Shown: piece after piece, positions 39,721 through 55,919 of the stretch
Layout: each line of letters opens with the position of its first letter
Numbering within the stretch: the stretch's first letter is position 1
Source: the human T2T-CHM13v2.0 reference genome, Homo sapiens
DNA length: 64,000 nt
Assembly: GCF_009914755.1 (NCBI RefSeq)
Contig: NC_060936.1
Reading direction: 5' to 3' (one strand)
Position numbers and translations under genes: made by a program
Notes under the pieces: model-generated
What the model was told of the DNA's origin: nothing
The model's input: only the letters and a program-made list of their open reading frames with translations
The model's database searches: none

Positions 39721-42700
39721 ATCCCATGAAGGAGATGGCTACAACTTAGCTTTAGTCAATTATTCCTACATAAGCTACAGTTTCCAGAGCTTCCAATTTT
39801 TTCAAGAAACTTTTAGGTAAAATCTCTTACCTTTTTATCATTTAAAACACAATGTTGGTCAAACAGAACATATTTATAGATTACATGTGGCCCCATGATC
39901 AGCTGGCTTGTGAACATTATACTGGAGAAGCCCGAAACCGATGGTATTTTACTCTCTATGATCTATACATAGCTTCAATCTTCCTTCTGCCTCTTATTAA
40001 GTTTATGAGGCCAGAAATCTGCAGTTGACAATAAGTGGTTGCCCTGGGGAGGATAGTGCCTGGTCTCTCAGGAAGAAAGGCAGGGCTTTGAAGAGGGAGG
40101 ATAAAGGTTTCTGCCCCAGAGGTAGAACCCTCCGGATCACTCTGAACAGGGCTTTCTTGATCTGTAATCTAGAAGACAGGTCCTCAGTATATGGTGGTAC
40201 AGATTGTGCACTGCAAACTCTGGTTGGTGTGGGACTGCTGGGAGGTAGTGTATGGCCTGGGGTCTAATTCCCTTCCCCCAAGCAGGTGAGTATGTAAATT
40301 AGTCCCAGAGCTAGAGAACCAAAGCCAGAAGGGAGCTTGCAAACCACTGGCTTCAAACCCTTTATTTATCACAGTGAGATTGGGACACTGATAATGGGAA
40401 GAACTTGCTTGAAGCAAAACCAGTGGCTATGATGAGTAAAGAATTGCTGACATTAAACAAAAATTGAACCAGTTCAGGCACTCTGCTAAACACTTTACAT
40501 AGACGAACTCAATTAACCTTCACAATTCTATGGCATTTTGCACATGGGGAAATTGAAACTCATGGAGGTGAAGTCACTTGCCCAAAAGTCACACAGAGGA
40601 ATAGAGATTCACGCCCAGGCTGTCAGCATCAGAACCTGTGCCCTTTATTTGTTTATGGATGTGTAGTCTGCACAAGAACAGCTCATCCCTGTTCCACTGG
40701 GCATTGGCTGGCAACGAGAATCTTCTGACTGCTCATCTCTCATATGTCAAGGGGTTGGAACACCTGGGCATCTCTCTCTATCCCCATGTGGTCTCTCCAG
40801 CATGGCGGCTTCATGGAAGCATTTCTTATTGGTGGTCAGGGATCCCAAGGCATGTGTCCTGAGAGAGGGGGCAGGCAAGTGTATTGATTTTATAGATCTA
40901 GCCTCAGAAGCCACAGAGCATAATTTCCTCATAGTCACAAGCCCACCCAGATTCGAAGGGAGGGGACATAGACTCTATCTTTGATGGGGAAGGCAACATT
41001 CCACTGTAAAAACAGTACATGGGATGTGAGATCATGGTGTAGCATCTTTGAATAGTATTAGCTGTCATGTTGGGTGAGGAAAAGTAGAGAAACTTTGGGG
41101 AGAACTGACTCACCGCAACTGGGGCACAGTTCTGGGATCGCCCTTGGTTTGACTCACTATTTGCTTCAAGGTACCTCAAAAGGGTATGCATGGAGATCAG
41201 AAGTAGAGAATTGCGAGTTGTAGAAAATTTCTGGAAGGGGCTGGATGACGTCTGTATGCCCCTCTGAATCCACTCCCCTGCCTCTCCTCCTTACCTTCTT
41301 CTCAGGAGGTTGACCTGTGTGGGCTGTGTCAGAAGAGAGCTGGCAGGAGATTGGGGACGGGAGCAGAGGGAGGTAGGAAATTTATTCTTCTGGCCTCCTC
41401 CCTGCAGGGCAGCTGTAGGCTGGCTCTGCCTTGGATCACACCCTTACTTTTGCTTCTTTGCACATTCTCTCCTTCCAAGTTCCAGGAGCTGCCCCTTTCC
41501 TTCCTCCTTTTGAGTCTGGAAGTGGAAACAGTTTCCTAGGTCACCACACTCTCCTGAGGGTCCCCCACACTCTGATGACAATTTCATAAACATCCATCCA
41601 TAATAAAATCTTCCTTGGATTATCCTAATCTCCTCCTGGGATTCTGACTGAAACATACAGAGACTGACATCTAGTTGCCTCTCTAATATCATTCATTCAT
41701 TGATTCATTTATTCATCCATCATTCATTTATTTGCATGTTCACTCACCCCTTGGCAATTATTTGGCTCACACAGTCACTCCACACTGCACCCTCCCTCCA
41801 CTTATCCAACACACCCCACAAAAGCATCCAGTCCCCTGCCTCCAGATCCAGGCTGCTCCATGAGGACTGAACCATAGTGTGACTTTTCCAGCAACTCTTT
41901 CTTCAGCCAAAATCTATGTATTCCCCTCTCTAATCATGGAACTGGATTTTGTTCAGAAATACTATACCAACAAAGCCCTGCCTTCTCCAGGTCTCAGTCC
42001 TCCCCACTGTAACCCCAAGGTGGTGGGCTGAGTGATCCCCTAAGGATTCAGTGCATCCTTGAAATGGGAAGTCTAGGGGTGTATGCAGGACTTGGAATCG
42101 CATGAACCAACTCACTGAGAGAAACGAGGTCCAAGAGGGGAAGAGCCTTGCCCAAGGGCACATAATATTTCACACCTACATTCCCTGTTGTCAAAACTCT
42201 GATTTAGAGGGGGCGGCAGGATTGTGTGCCTTCTCTCTGCATGTCAATGGGCTGAGTGAACCAAGGCCACAGGGCCCCAAGCTGAGACTGGCAGGAGCCT
42301 GACCTAGGAAAAACCGCACCCAATTCCTTGCCTTTGTCGGCTTTCCTGGAAAGCCGACCATCCACCCTTCCCTCACCTCCCAGTTCTGTGCAAAGTGTTT
42401 AATTAATAAACATACCTTTAAAGCAAGCTGGTGTTACAGAGAGAGATGGTTAAGTGCTAATTATTGTTATCATAGGCCGCTTTCCACCTCATTAAATACA
42501 TGGATTTGGTAATTGTTAGCTAATTCTAAAGAGAAACCAGGGGCCCCTCAAATGTTAGGATTATGTCTTTCCCCAACAATTGACCTAATTCTCAAGCCAC
42601 AGGATGGCAGTCTGGTTGGTCTCAGGGCCTGAATGGGGTCCTGTGGAAAGCAGATGGGCTCCAAGCTCACCTTCCTGGGTTCAAGTCTTGACTCTGCCAC

Positions 42701-42849
42701 TTCCCAGTGGTGTGGACCTAGGAATGTCATTTCATGTTCTTGACCCTCAGTTTCCTAATCTAGAAAATGAGACAAGCCTATCAAAGCCATTTAATCAGTA
42801 TTGTCTATTAATACATCCTGTACCATGGGCTTAGTGTTTTCTTTTGTCA

Positions 42850-44245
<1,396 letters not shown>

Positions 44246-47200
44246 ACATGCTCTTGTGAACCCAGGCATATCAAGGTCTCCTAATTGCCAGTGGCTTCCA
44301 AAGAACATTACTGTCCATTTCTCCCATCCTCTCCCATTCTCTCAATTCCCTTCTCCTTGGCATGGATTCATGCTTTGTATTTTCTGTCTCTCTACCCTAC
44401 CTCATTCTTACCATCAAAACACATCTACCCTCTGCCTCATTCCCTCTCCCAGTTGGTGGACAGCTTGCTAATCTGTTTTAAACAGGGATAACTATTCATG
44501 TGCCTCTATTCTTAGTAACTTAGTTACCTTTCCAAGGAGACCTGCAGGTGGTAGCTCCTTACCCCAAGAGAACAGTGTTCATGAAAACATTTTTTCTCAG
44601 TCATTACAGCAGATTGCTGGGAACCATTTGGTTCTTCTCCTGATGCTAAAAGTACACCACACCGGTGGATGCCTCTGGGTGAGGCCAGAGGCTGTACTTG
44701 GGAATTGGCAGCAAATCAGTAGAAGGTGTATTGTTGACAAATTGGATTAAAGCTAGTAGCTTGTTGATTTCAGCTAATGGCTGTTGCTCCCTATGGCACT
44801 GGTTGTGTCTCTCAACTTGATTTCATAATGTGAGTGTTGTTTCTAACTCATTGGATGTGCTAGGAACACCTGACCACATTGCCTTTATTGTCGAACAACT
44901 TATAGTTTCCAAAACTGTTTTAGGTTCATACCTTTTTTGATTATTTCAAACATACTCAGAAGAGGTATTCTTGTTTTCATTCTGTACATGAGGAAAGTGA
45001 AAACAAGTGTGGGTTAAATAACTTGCCTGAGGTTGGACAGACAGACCTTGGTAATGCACCACTGACCTTTCTGTCTGCTCCTGATAATGATGTCCCTGAA
45101 AGCCAAAATTTATGGTGCATTTACTTTTTGCAGGCACTGTTTTAAGTGTTGTCCATGCTTTATCTTATTTGTATTGGCCAGCTATTGTCTTGATAACTCT
45201 GCATTGCAAACCATCCTAGGTCGGTGATTCAAAACAGCAATCATTTATTTTGCAGGTTTAAGTGTGTGCTACAACATGGCAGGGCCAGGCTGGACTTCAG
45301 GTCTTATGCTGCAGACTAAAGGTTGAGCTCCAATTTTTCCATGTAGGTTGGTTCTGGGGTTCAAGCTGAAGAAGCAGTTACTACCTGGGGGAAGCTTTGC
45401 TCATGACAATGACAAAAGCACAGGAGAGAATTTCTAAGCACATTTGTAGCCTCTGCTTGTAACACATCTGCTAATATCCCATTAGCTAAACAAGTCACAT
45501 GGCAAACCCAAAATCAAGGAATGGGGAAATATACCCTGACTCCAGCAGAATGAACTGCCATGTCATATGGCATGAAAACAAGTAGGGATGAAGAATTAGA
45601 GCCAGTAATTCAACCTACCATGCCACTTAATCCCAACAACTCTAGGAGTTAGACACTTTTATTTTTCCTATTTTACTGAAGAGGAAACAGAGGCTGTGTC
45701 AAGAAGGTAGTAGTGAGAGGGGGTGGAGTGACACTGAGACGTGCTAACCCCAGACTCCAGCTCTTAACCACTTATCCATTTCCCGATGAAACAGTGCTCT
45801 ACAGAGAGGAAAATTAAGCAACAGATTTGTCCTCCATGGGCTGTGTGATAGACATACCGTGTCTACTGTGTCAAGGGCTTTATCCGTGGTCCTGAAATAC
45901 CCTTTATGCCTAGGCACCATTGTTTCCTTTGGGATGCTTATAATTTCAATCTATCCCTTCTGGAGATTCTAATTCAGGTGAAGAAAGAGAAAGACATGAA
46001 CAAAAGTAAGACACATAAATGCATACAGGCTGATGGTTTTCTGAAAAGACTGACTAGGTGAAGATAGGCTGTTATTTGGACAAACTTTCAAGTGGTGGCA
46101 GCTCCCAGGAAAGAAATTGCATGTGAGCATGATAAGAAAATCTGAAGAAGAGTGGAAACCATGTGTATCCAGTGGCACAGAGCTGTGTGGGTGGCCACAC
46201 AAATAAACAAATCCTTGAGCGCAGGAGGGTGAACCAAGCACCACATAGGCAAATGCAGCATATTGGTGTGCCAACCTCAGTTAGTTACATAAGTATGCTC
46301 AGTGCTTTTCTTTTAATCTTGATGAAATTCATGTGTCATGCAACAAGTGGAACTTTAACTTATGTTCCACTATTCATATGGCTGATTTCATGAGTCTTTG
46401 ACAGTCCCTTCATGTTTCTGAGCTACAAATCATCCCTCTCCCCACTCAGGGACACTAGGGTGGGAACCACAGGCTCCTTGGTTCTCCTAGTGTAATTCTT
46501 AAATGTATGGATATAGGTCTAATCCACTGAATCCCCACTATAGGTAGCCATATTTGTCATCACAGGTGTATCTGATCAACATCTAGCTGGTCTGAGGTAT
46601 TTAAGCCCAGGTGTTTTGTAGCATATGCCCTAAGAACTAACCTGCTAAACCATGTGGTTGATCATTGAAATGGAAAAAGCCACTTCCTTAAAATGGGGTT
46701 CCTGTGGACCTTTCAAGGTCATACATTTAAAATCAGGAGGATCCTCAGATACCACATGTGTTACATTGTAAAAATGGTCCTAGTTTCTTAATCCTCCTTA
46801 CACCCTGCATCATGTGACTTTGCAGTAATTTCCCACTCCATCTGTGGGTTTGGCCACGTGGCCTGCCTTTGTCACTGGGCTGTTAGCAAATATGATATCA
46901 TCAGAGGCTAGAAAAGTGCTTGCCTAATTAGGCTTGACTGCTGTCTTTCATGTCTATTACCTCTGCTGAAAGGTGAGACTTAGAGAGGAAAGCTTAGTGA
47001 CCCAACTGCCCAAGCTGATTCCATTCTAGATCAGCCAACAATCAACTGTGTACCAGACATATGAGTGACCCCAGCCAAGATCGGCAGCATTCTCTAGTTA
47101 ACCAGCCCAGATGGTGAGCAACAAGCTCTTATTGCTGTATGCACTGAAATTTTGTGATTGTTACACAGCGTCATTGCAGCAATAGGTAACTGACACACCA

Positions 47201-48469
47201 CCATCCTCAGTTTGAAAACAGGATTCCCCAGAGATCTGTGGAGGTGCCCAAAGGGAGGTAAGTATAGGAGGGAAGGTCTAAGCTTCCAGGTTTGCTTTAA
47301 CTACAACAGCTCTGATTTCATCTTCACATATAAGGTTCCATGCAGGGTTTCATAAGGCCAAACAATCCCTATTAGTTTGAAATGCTTTGGACAATAAGTA
47401 ATAGAATATCTGACTCACAGTACTTAATACAATATCTCACTTAACAAGAAGACTGGAGATCAATGGTTCCAGGCCTAATTCAATGATTCAACAATGATAC
47501 GAATAGCCTAGACCCTTTCTCTTTTATTTTCTTTTCTTCTCTTTACTTTTCCTTATCTGTTTTCTCATTTATTTATTTAGTTTTCATTCTGCCATCCTAA
47601 TGTGATGATCCTTTGAACTCATGTTGCCTCATGGCCTCAATAGAGCTGCTACAGCCCCAGGCATCAATGACTACATCTGGAAGAAATGTAGGAAGGAAGA
47701 AAATGGAAAGGGGTTGTCAGTCAAATTGCCCTTTCAAACCTATCACTTTTAGTCAGAAAGCAAAGTGTCTTTTTCAGGACCACTATTTCTGCAGGCTATC
47801 TCCTCCATCACTGCAGACTTCTCCTTATACCTTATTGGCCAGAATTGGTCCCATGATCACTGCTAGCTCTAAGGAAGACTGAGAAGGAAAAGATGGTAAA
47901 GGGGAAAGGGAGAAAGATGAAAGGCTTTAACAAGTCAGGGAGTCAGAATTTAACCCTTAGGGCTGGTCATCAAACAAAGCAGAGCTCTGTCAACAATGAA
48001 TAGACTGGGAGTGGCTGTGGGGCTAGGTGGGGGACTCTAAAATGTACTGCTCCTTTCAATGAAGTCCTTGGGCTCAATTGTCAGTTATTCAGGGATTGCC
48101 TCAGCTTTCAAGGTCATGCCCTTCCTGGGGCAGCCCTTATTGAAGGACTAATTGATATAAGGTAAAAGGTCTGAACACACAGCACAACTTAAGACAACTC
48201 CCAAAGAGGCATTCTATGTCTCTAAGGAGTCAGCTGAAAATGTCATTGAGCCTGCATCACAGCTCAACTTCTCTCTCTGGCTGGTTCCACTTCCTTCCCC
48301 ATCCTTCCACAGGTGTTGATCCAAGGGCACTCCCTTAAAAAAAAAAAAAAAATGTCCTGGACACTACATTCCATCTCAGAGTCCACTTATCTGAAAAATC
48401 CAACATGCAACAGGTAGACAACCAAGAGTGTGCCCTATATCAGCTGATAAAAGTTTGCAATTCACTGGA

Positions 48470-48690
48470 CTAGCCCAGGGAACATCAAATATTTTTACGT
48501 AACAGGTAAGATAGCAAATATTTTAGGCTTGTGGCCATAAAGCCTGTCATGACTAATCACCTCTGTCTCTGTAACACAAAAGCAGCCATAGACAATATGT
48601 AAATGAAGGAGCATGGCCATGTGCCATTAAAACTGTAACTACAAAAACAGGCTGCAGTCCACAGGATATAGTTTGTCAACCCCTGGACTA
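48470..48690 (+). mobile_element. MER58A-like hAT element
   Basis: aaatattttaggctt...aaagcagccatagacaatatgtaaatgaa...tagtttgtcaacccctg. Confidence 0.75.
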
Positions 48691-51600
48691 GCTCAACTTT
48701 TCCATTTTACAGTTGAGTACATTGGGCCCCCAGAAAGCAAGAAATTAACATTTGCTCTTAACAGCTTTTGACAGGGTGCTAGTACAAGCCCCATTTGACA
48801 GATGAGAAAACTGTGGCTGAGAGGTGAATAATGTCTTCAGGATCACACAGCTGTGAAAAAAGCAAGACCAGCTCTGGAACCCAGGCCTGGCTGTCTCTGC
48901 AGACCAGACTCCACCCTACTGCCCTGCTCTGATGCAATTGGAGGCATGATACCAGGATTTTTACTTCCTTCCTCAGATAAGAATTTGTGTGTAAACAAAA
49001 CCCCACCACACTTCAGGACATATGCCTTGGCAGTCAGGCCACGATGCAGTCCAGGTCAGACAGTTCCATCCTCAAAAGCATCTGTGAATTGCTGCCCAGG
49101 CCAGTGATCACATAGGACCAGCACTCCCTGGATGGACCATGTGGGACCATGTCGGACCACGTGGGAAGGCACAGCTTGGGACATGAATTTTACTGGAATA
49201 TAGAAGAAAAAATATATTCAGAGAGGGGAGTGTTATTTTTACATAAGAACAGGCTCAAATATAGCACATTGTCAAATGCAAAACAGTCATGGAAGTGTAA
49301 GACAAAATAAGGAAATGTTGATATAATTTCCCACCCAGGCTACAAGCTTCTGAGACCCATCTGCCCTGCTAGATGCCTCAGGATACCTGTTCCCCATCCT
49401 CCTGCTGGTCTCTTGAGGAGGCAGAGCACAGTTAAAAAGGCCAGCTTTGGGGGCAAGCTGGCTGGCCTCAAATCTTGGCTTCATCAACTCGCTAACTTCT
49501 ACTAACTCAAGATATGGCCCTCGGACAAGCCCAGTCAGCATCACCTGGGAGCTGGTTAGAAGTGCAGAATCTCAGGCCCTGCCTCAGATCCTTGGAGTCA
49601 GAAACTGCATTTTAACAAGATCCCTAGGGGACTTGCACACACATTAGTTTGGGAAGTGCAACTCTAGCCAGCTCCTATTCATTCTTTAAATGCCACCTCC
49701 TCTGGGAAGCCATCCTGGCCCCTTTGGCTGGGTTAGGTGAGTCTTCATTCAGTACGTATTACACTTACAGGTGGCTGTCTCTATTTAGCTGGGATGTCAG
49801 CTAGATTTTGGCTCCCATGAGAGCAGGGGCTGTGACCGCTCCAACTGGCTCATGTTATTAGTGGCTGCCATTTTGGTGAACCTATTAAGTGGCGGGCAAC
49901 TTACCAGCATGTAATGCTCACATCAAACCTACAGGGCAGAAACCAGTACCATCCCTTTTCACCATGGAGGAAACTGAGGTTCAGAGGATTAAATGAATTG
50001 CTCAAGATAAGCAGGAAAGTGACAGGGTCAGGGCTTGGGCCTTTGATCTCAGACCAAAGCCAGTGGGTAGAACCACTTGTCAAACTGTACATAGCAGGTG
50101 GGGAGGGAGAGTGGAGGAAAGACACCACCATCTCATGTGCGTCTGTGTAAAACATGGACATGAATACAATAGAGCACAATTTATTCAGCAGGAAGCCAAT
50201 GCCTTGTGCAGAATGCCCCAGGGTGGGGGAAAGGGTGTGGATAGGGGCAGTCCAAAGAAGCAGAAAATCTGAAATCTCCAAGAGCCCTTTTTCTCCAGCC
50301 CCTCTGTGGTTTTTATGGTCACCAAGCCAAGCCCCCGTTAATCCAATTAAAATGGACTTGTTTATGCTTATCAGCTCTTTATTTGGTTTGTTTAAAATGT
50401 GCAAATTACCCAGGGGCCTCTGCGTTGCCTGAACCAAAAGGCATCAATAAGACTATTAAGTTAAATCCAATTACTTGCAGCTGCTGGAACTTGAGTCTGG
50501 TGGAGCAGAACAGAATTGGGGGAGGGGGAGGCAGGATTTGCTGGAGAGAGAGGAGATCCTTCGACCCCCTCACTTAGCCTGGCTCCTCTCAAGCATTTTC
50601 TGAATGTGGGTGGGAGAAGACAAAGAGACCCCATTTGCCATATGCTGGACAGTGCAACCTGTACTGTATCATCTAATTATCTCAGTAGCTCCACAAGGTG
50701 GGCACTATTGGACCCATTTTGCAGATGAAAGAACTGAGGCTCAGAGAAGTCAAGCAACCCTTCCAGAATGTCACACAGCTAGAAAGTGGGAGAGGCAGGA
50801 TTGGCCCCTCTGCCTGGAATCTTGGAATGTCAGAGATCAGAGTCCCGAGAAGCTGTCTGGCCAAGAGTATGGATCTGGCAACACACCAAGTTGAGTCTCC
50901 ACATCTGTAAAACATGCACAACCACGCCCACCTCCCAGGTTTTGGGGAGGAGTCAATGAAGTAATGTGAGTCTCCAAGAAGAGGACTCGGTGAATAGTAG
51001 ATGATTGTTGCATGCTAACTTCCAATAATTGCACTGGTGTCAAAACTCATCTCCTTCCCTTTCCCTTTCCATACTTTTCAGAAGGGAAGGCTGAGATCCA
51101 GATAGGAAAAATGACCTCTGCAAGATTGCACAAAGACCCTGGGACAGGGTTAAGTCCCAGGACTTAAGCACAAGTCCTTGCCTCCTGGTCTAGCATCCCA
51201 TTTCAGACCCTGTGCTGCCTCTTCATTTTGAAGATGAGGAAACTGAGGTACACAGTGTAGAAACCAAATGCCCATGGTCACTGGGTTCAGTGTTGAGCAA
51301 AGTAGCTTGGTAGCCACAGTGTCCTGGGCCTGGTTGTCCCTTAGCTGTGTTGCTTGGGCACATGGCTTGACTTCTGTGAGCACCTGGTCCTCATCTTTAA
51401 AAATGAAGCCCATCACTCCTGTCCCAGTGAACCTGTAGAGTGGGATGAAGTCAGGCAGATGAAGCCCTATGTAAGCCAGAAAGTACCATCCAGAGACACA
51501 CTACAAAGAGCATCACATACAGGACATTTGGGGAAGAGCTTGAGCATCTATTTTCTTAGTCTCCAAAGGCCCCGGATGGGTTATTAATTCCTGGCAATCC

Positions 51601-52824
51601 TCAGACCCAAGGGACACACGGAGCACAGGAGAGGAGGACAGATGCCCAGGATTCCAGGCAACACTAATCCTATTACAAATGCATTAAGAACCTTAGGGAA
51701 TCACACCCAGCACACCCTTTCCATGGATATTTTCCAATTCTGTCCCTGGCCAGTCCCCAGGTTCTCAGAAGTCTAGTAAGCAACTCCACATAAGTGAGCA
51801 GAAAAATTGTGTGCAACTGGACAGGAACCTGAGTACAGCAATACCAGGCTGTCCATGGATGAGGTTCTTTGTGGTGCAATGATCAACATCTGGAAGTCAG
51901 ATGAAGCTGTGTTCAATGCTGTCCTTCGGGTTATCTCACCAGCTGGGCCACCTTGAGCAGGCGATGTCACCTCTCTGAGCCTCCATTTCCTCCTCTGTGA
52001 AAGGTGGAATAATTGTTAATAATGATTGAAGAATTTTTGGTAATTATCTTAATAATGATCATTTTGGCTTTTTATTCTAGCATTTAAGATCCAAAGCCTG
52101 TTGGGAATAGCAGAAAGAATTTTTAAAAATTGTATCTGATGACTCTTCTGGAAATTATGAAGGAACTCGTATGGTTAGGGTTTCAAGTAGGTGATCTTGT
52201 CCAATTGGCCCCCAGAGTTCATGTGCATGGGAGGAAGATAGGATCTGTTATGTAAGAGAAAGAATGATGTGATATTCTGTTTCTGACATGCAAAATAGAA
52301 TTGTGCAGCAAGGTTATCAACTGAAGTCAGGCTATTGCCTTGAGGGAGGATGTTCCAGCTTTTATTCTCTTCCTTTGACACATGACAGCTAAGCCAGAAA
52401 GGATTGGCTTCTGGATCCTGCCAGAGCGAGGAACTGACTGCCTTCCTTCTATAACTTTGGGGCTTACCCTTAGATGACAGGAGAATATTACAAAGGGAAA
52501 TACAGAGAAAAGCTGACCCTTTTCCAGAACCCAGGCTAGTGAAAGAAGAAGAGGGAGGGGATTCAGGAGCAGAAGAGCAGACTGGCCAGTTGTGCTTGCT
52601 TGGTTTTCCCTCTCCCCACTTTGTTCCAGGTGCACAGAGGGCAGAAGAGCCTCTCTGGATCACATCCCCACTTCCCTGGCTTTCTCGGGCCCCTCAGTTT
52701 TCACATGACATGGATGTGGGGTTGACAGTCAGCAGGGTAGCCATGGGACAGGTCTGGGTGACCTTCAAGCAACCATGCCCACCCTCCTGGGATACATCAT
52801 CTCAATCAAAGCTGGATGGAGGGT

Positions 52825-53200
52825 GCTATGGCTTCATGTGTCCCCCAAAAGTGTATATGTGGGAAACTTAATCCAACAGTGTTGGGAGGTGGGATCTAAT
52901 AAAAGATGATTGGGACATGAGAGTAGAGCTTTCGTGAATGGATTCATGCCCTTACTGATGGAGCAGATAAGTTATAGAGGCGGTGTTATTATAAAGCCAG
53001 TCCAGCCCCTGGTGCCTGTCTGTCTTTTGTGTTCACTTCTGCCTTCTGCCCTTCCACCATGGGATGGCCCATGCCAGATGCCAATGCCATGCTGTTCGAC
53101 TTCCCAGCCTCCAGAATCATGAGCTAGATAAAATTTTGTTCATTATAAATTGTCCAGTCTTGGGTATTCTGTTATAGCAACAGAAAAATGACTAAGACAA
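52825..53200 (+). mobile_element. MST-family MaLR LTR
   Basis: tgctatgg...cccagcctccagaatcatgag...attctgttatagcaacagaaaa.gactaagaca. Confidence 0.75.
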
Positions 53201-53539
53201 AGGGTAAGGCAGGGGTGCCTTGAATGACAGGGTTTACACATAGGGGAGCCCAAGGGAAGCTTGTTGGCCAAGCCCAGAGTAAGCTCCCTCCATCCATTGT
53301 ATTCTACCACCTGTGGCATGGCAAGCAGCACAGGGGAGAACAGAGGAGCCTAGTTGCTCCTCACTCCTCCATACTCTCCTAGGACCATCAAATCATGCCC
53401 ACCTTCCATATGCCCAAAGCCTCCCCAGGAGAAAATTGAGGAGGGCAGAGTTTCAGAGAGGATGCATATGTTTATCCATAGAAGATTTGCCTCAGGAACT
53501 TGTAAAACTATCATTAGGACAAATATTTTAAAACTTGGT

Positions 53540-53957
53540 TGTATCAGTTTGCTAGGGCTGCCAAATCAAAGTGCCACAAACCGGGTGCCTTAAACAATGG
53601 AAATTTATCGTTACAGTTCTGCAGGCTGCAAGTCTGAGATCAAGCTGCTAGCAGGACTGGTTCCTTCTGAGGCCTATAAGAGATCTGTCCCAGACCTCTA
53701 TCCTTGAGTTGTAAGTGGCCATCTTCTCTCTGTGTCTTGTCATGCCATCTTCTCTCTGTACGTGTCTGTGCCCAAAATATCCTCTTCTTATAAAAACATC
53801 GGTCCTAGTGGAATCAGGGCTTACCTCAATGGCCTAATTTTAAGTTGATTCCTTCCGTAAAGACCCTCTCTCCAAAGAAAGTCACACTGTGATGTATTGA
53901 GAGTTAGGCTATTAACATGTAAACTGGGAGACAGGGGATACAATTCAACTCATAACA
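53540..53957 (-). mobile_element. MLT1-family MaLR LTR
   Basis: tgtatcagtttgctagggctgcc...acagttctg...acaattcaactcataaca. Confidence 0.75.
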
Positions 53958-54267
53958 GGGGTATAGCTTAATTTTTTAAACTTTCTTTTTTTTTTTTTTT
54001 GCCAACATAGGGTGTGTGTCAGAGAGGGAAGAGAAGACCAGATCAGCTACAGACAAATAAAATACATTTTCTTCACACAACCAAATTGAAGCAAGCATTA
54101 AACATGCAACCCCAATACATAATTTAGGCAGATTTGTGCAGCCTCCTGAATCAATGGCCTGGATTAGATATGGCCCCCCGGAGATAACAAAGCAAATGCA
54201 ATCTTGTAGCTCCAGTTTTGAAAGAAAAAAAAAAGAATAAAACATTACAACAGTGAGAGCTAGCAAT

Positions 54268-54402
54268 TTCTTTTTTTTTTCTTTTTTCTTTTTTTTCTTT
54301 CTTTTTTTTTTTTTTTTTGTGGAGACAATGTCTCCCTATATTGCCCAGGCTGGTCTGAAACTCCTGGGCTCAAGTGATCCTCCCACCTTGGCCTCCCATA
54401 GA
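54268..54402 (-). mobile_element. Alu left monomer (FLAM-like)
   Basis: T tract, then ttgcccaggctggtc...cccaccttggcctccca. Flanked by an agagct(a/g)gcaa repeat. Confidence 0.8.
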
Positions 54403-54953
54403 GCTGGCAACTTTTTAATCACGTAGTTTTCCAGACCATGTGATAAGCTTTGTAAATGGACTATTTTGCAGAATCCTCATGCAACCCTGCAAAATGTTTG
54501 TTATTACACTCCCAATCTTACAAATGGGAAAACTGAGGTTCAAAGAGGGAGAATCATTTACCCAATTATAGTGGCTTGATTCCAGAGCCTGTGCATGTGA
54601 TCACTGCCTGCCTACCATCCCCTCTTTTCCAAGCTGGCTGACCTCTTCTTAAAGGTTCCAAAGAGCTCTTCCCTCTGCTCTAAGAGGGAAGCAGGGACCC
54701 AGAGGCCGGGCTAGTGTGCAGAAAGCCTGGGTTAGTTAAATCTGCTGGCTTCCTAGGGCTTAAGTGTGGGGCCTCAGAAACTCAGCTGTACTGGAGCAAG
54801 AACCCATCAAGAAATTACAGAAACAATAATAAAAAGGAACTAACCTAAGCGTCCATCAGTAGGGGATTGGTCAGATAAATTGCAAAACTTCTATGTCTAC
54901 TAGGCAATCACTTGAATAACCAAACCTGCATAGAGGAACATTTAGTGAACTGA

Positions 54954-55780
54954 TTTTTTTTTAATTTTATTATTATTATACTTTAAGTTTTAGGGTACAT
55001 GTGCACAACGTGCAGGTTTGTTACATATGTATACATGTGCCATGCTGGTGTGCTGCACCCATTAACTCGTCATTTAGCATTAGGTATATCTCCTAATGCT
55101 ATCCCTCCCCCCTCCCCCCACCCCACAACAGTCCCCAGGGTGTGATGTTCCCCTTCCTGTGTCCATGTGTTCTCATTGTTCAGTTCCCACCTATGAGTGA
55201 GAACATGCGGTGTTTGGTTTTTTGTCCTTGCGACAGTTTGCTGAGAATGATGGTTTCCAGCTTCATCCATGTCCCTACAAAGGACATGAACTCATCATTT
55301 TTTATGGCTGCATAGTATTCCATGGTGTATATGTGCCACATTTTCTTAATCCAGTCTATCATTGTTGGACATTTGGGTTGGTTCCAAGTCTTTGCTATTG
55401 TGAATAGTGCCACAATAAACATACACGTGCATGTGTCTTTATAGCAGCATGATTTATAATCCTTTGGGTATATGCCCAGTAATGGGATGGCTGGGTCAAC
55501 TGGTATTTCTAGTTCTAGATCCCTGAGGAATCGCAACACCAACTTCCACAATGGTTGAACTAGTTTACAGTCCCACCAACAGTGTAAAAGTGTTCCTATT
55601 TCTCCACATCCTCTCCAGCACCTGTTGTTTCCTGACTTTTTAACGATCACCATTCTAACTGGTGTGAGATGGTAGCTCATTGTGGTTTTGATTTGCATTT
55701 CTCTGATGGCCAGTGATGATGAGCATTTTTTCATGTGTTTTTTGGGCATAAATGTCTTCTTTTGAGAAGTGTCTGTTCAT
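54954..55780 (-). mobile_element. 5'-truncated young L1PA (about L1PA3-5) 3' end
   Basis: ORF 55180-55749 encodes the L1 ORF2p C-terminus ([25 protein letters not shown]...[10 protein letters not shown]), followed by the L1PA 3'UTR and tail. Confidence 0.96.
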
Positions 55781-55919
55781 AAATAAAAATGTTATAGAAC
55801 AGAGTATCTTTTTTACTAGATAGTTATTAAAAGATACAGACATATAAACTAGACTTTAGATTATAAACTAAAATGATAATAGTACTTATTCCTGGGTTCA
55901 CAGGTAGTTTTCCTTTAAT

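Noticed and set aside
49133-49166. Three 10-bp repeats of GGACCATGTG containing E-boxes
   Set aside because: Too short to distinguish from a local slippage duplication.
55180-55749. 189-aa ORF with a Cys-rich motif
   Set aside because: It is the L1 ORF2p C-terminus in a truncated L1PA, not a host gene.
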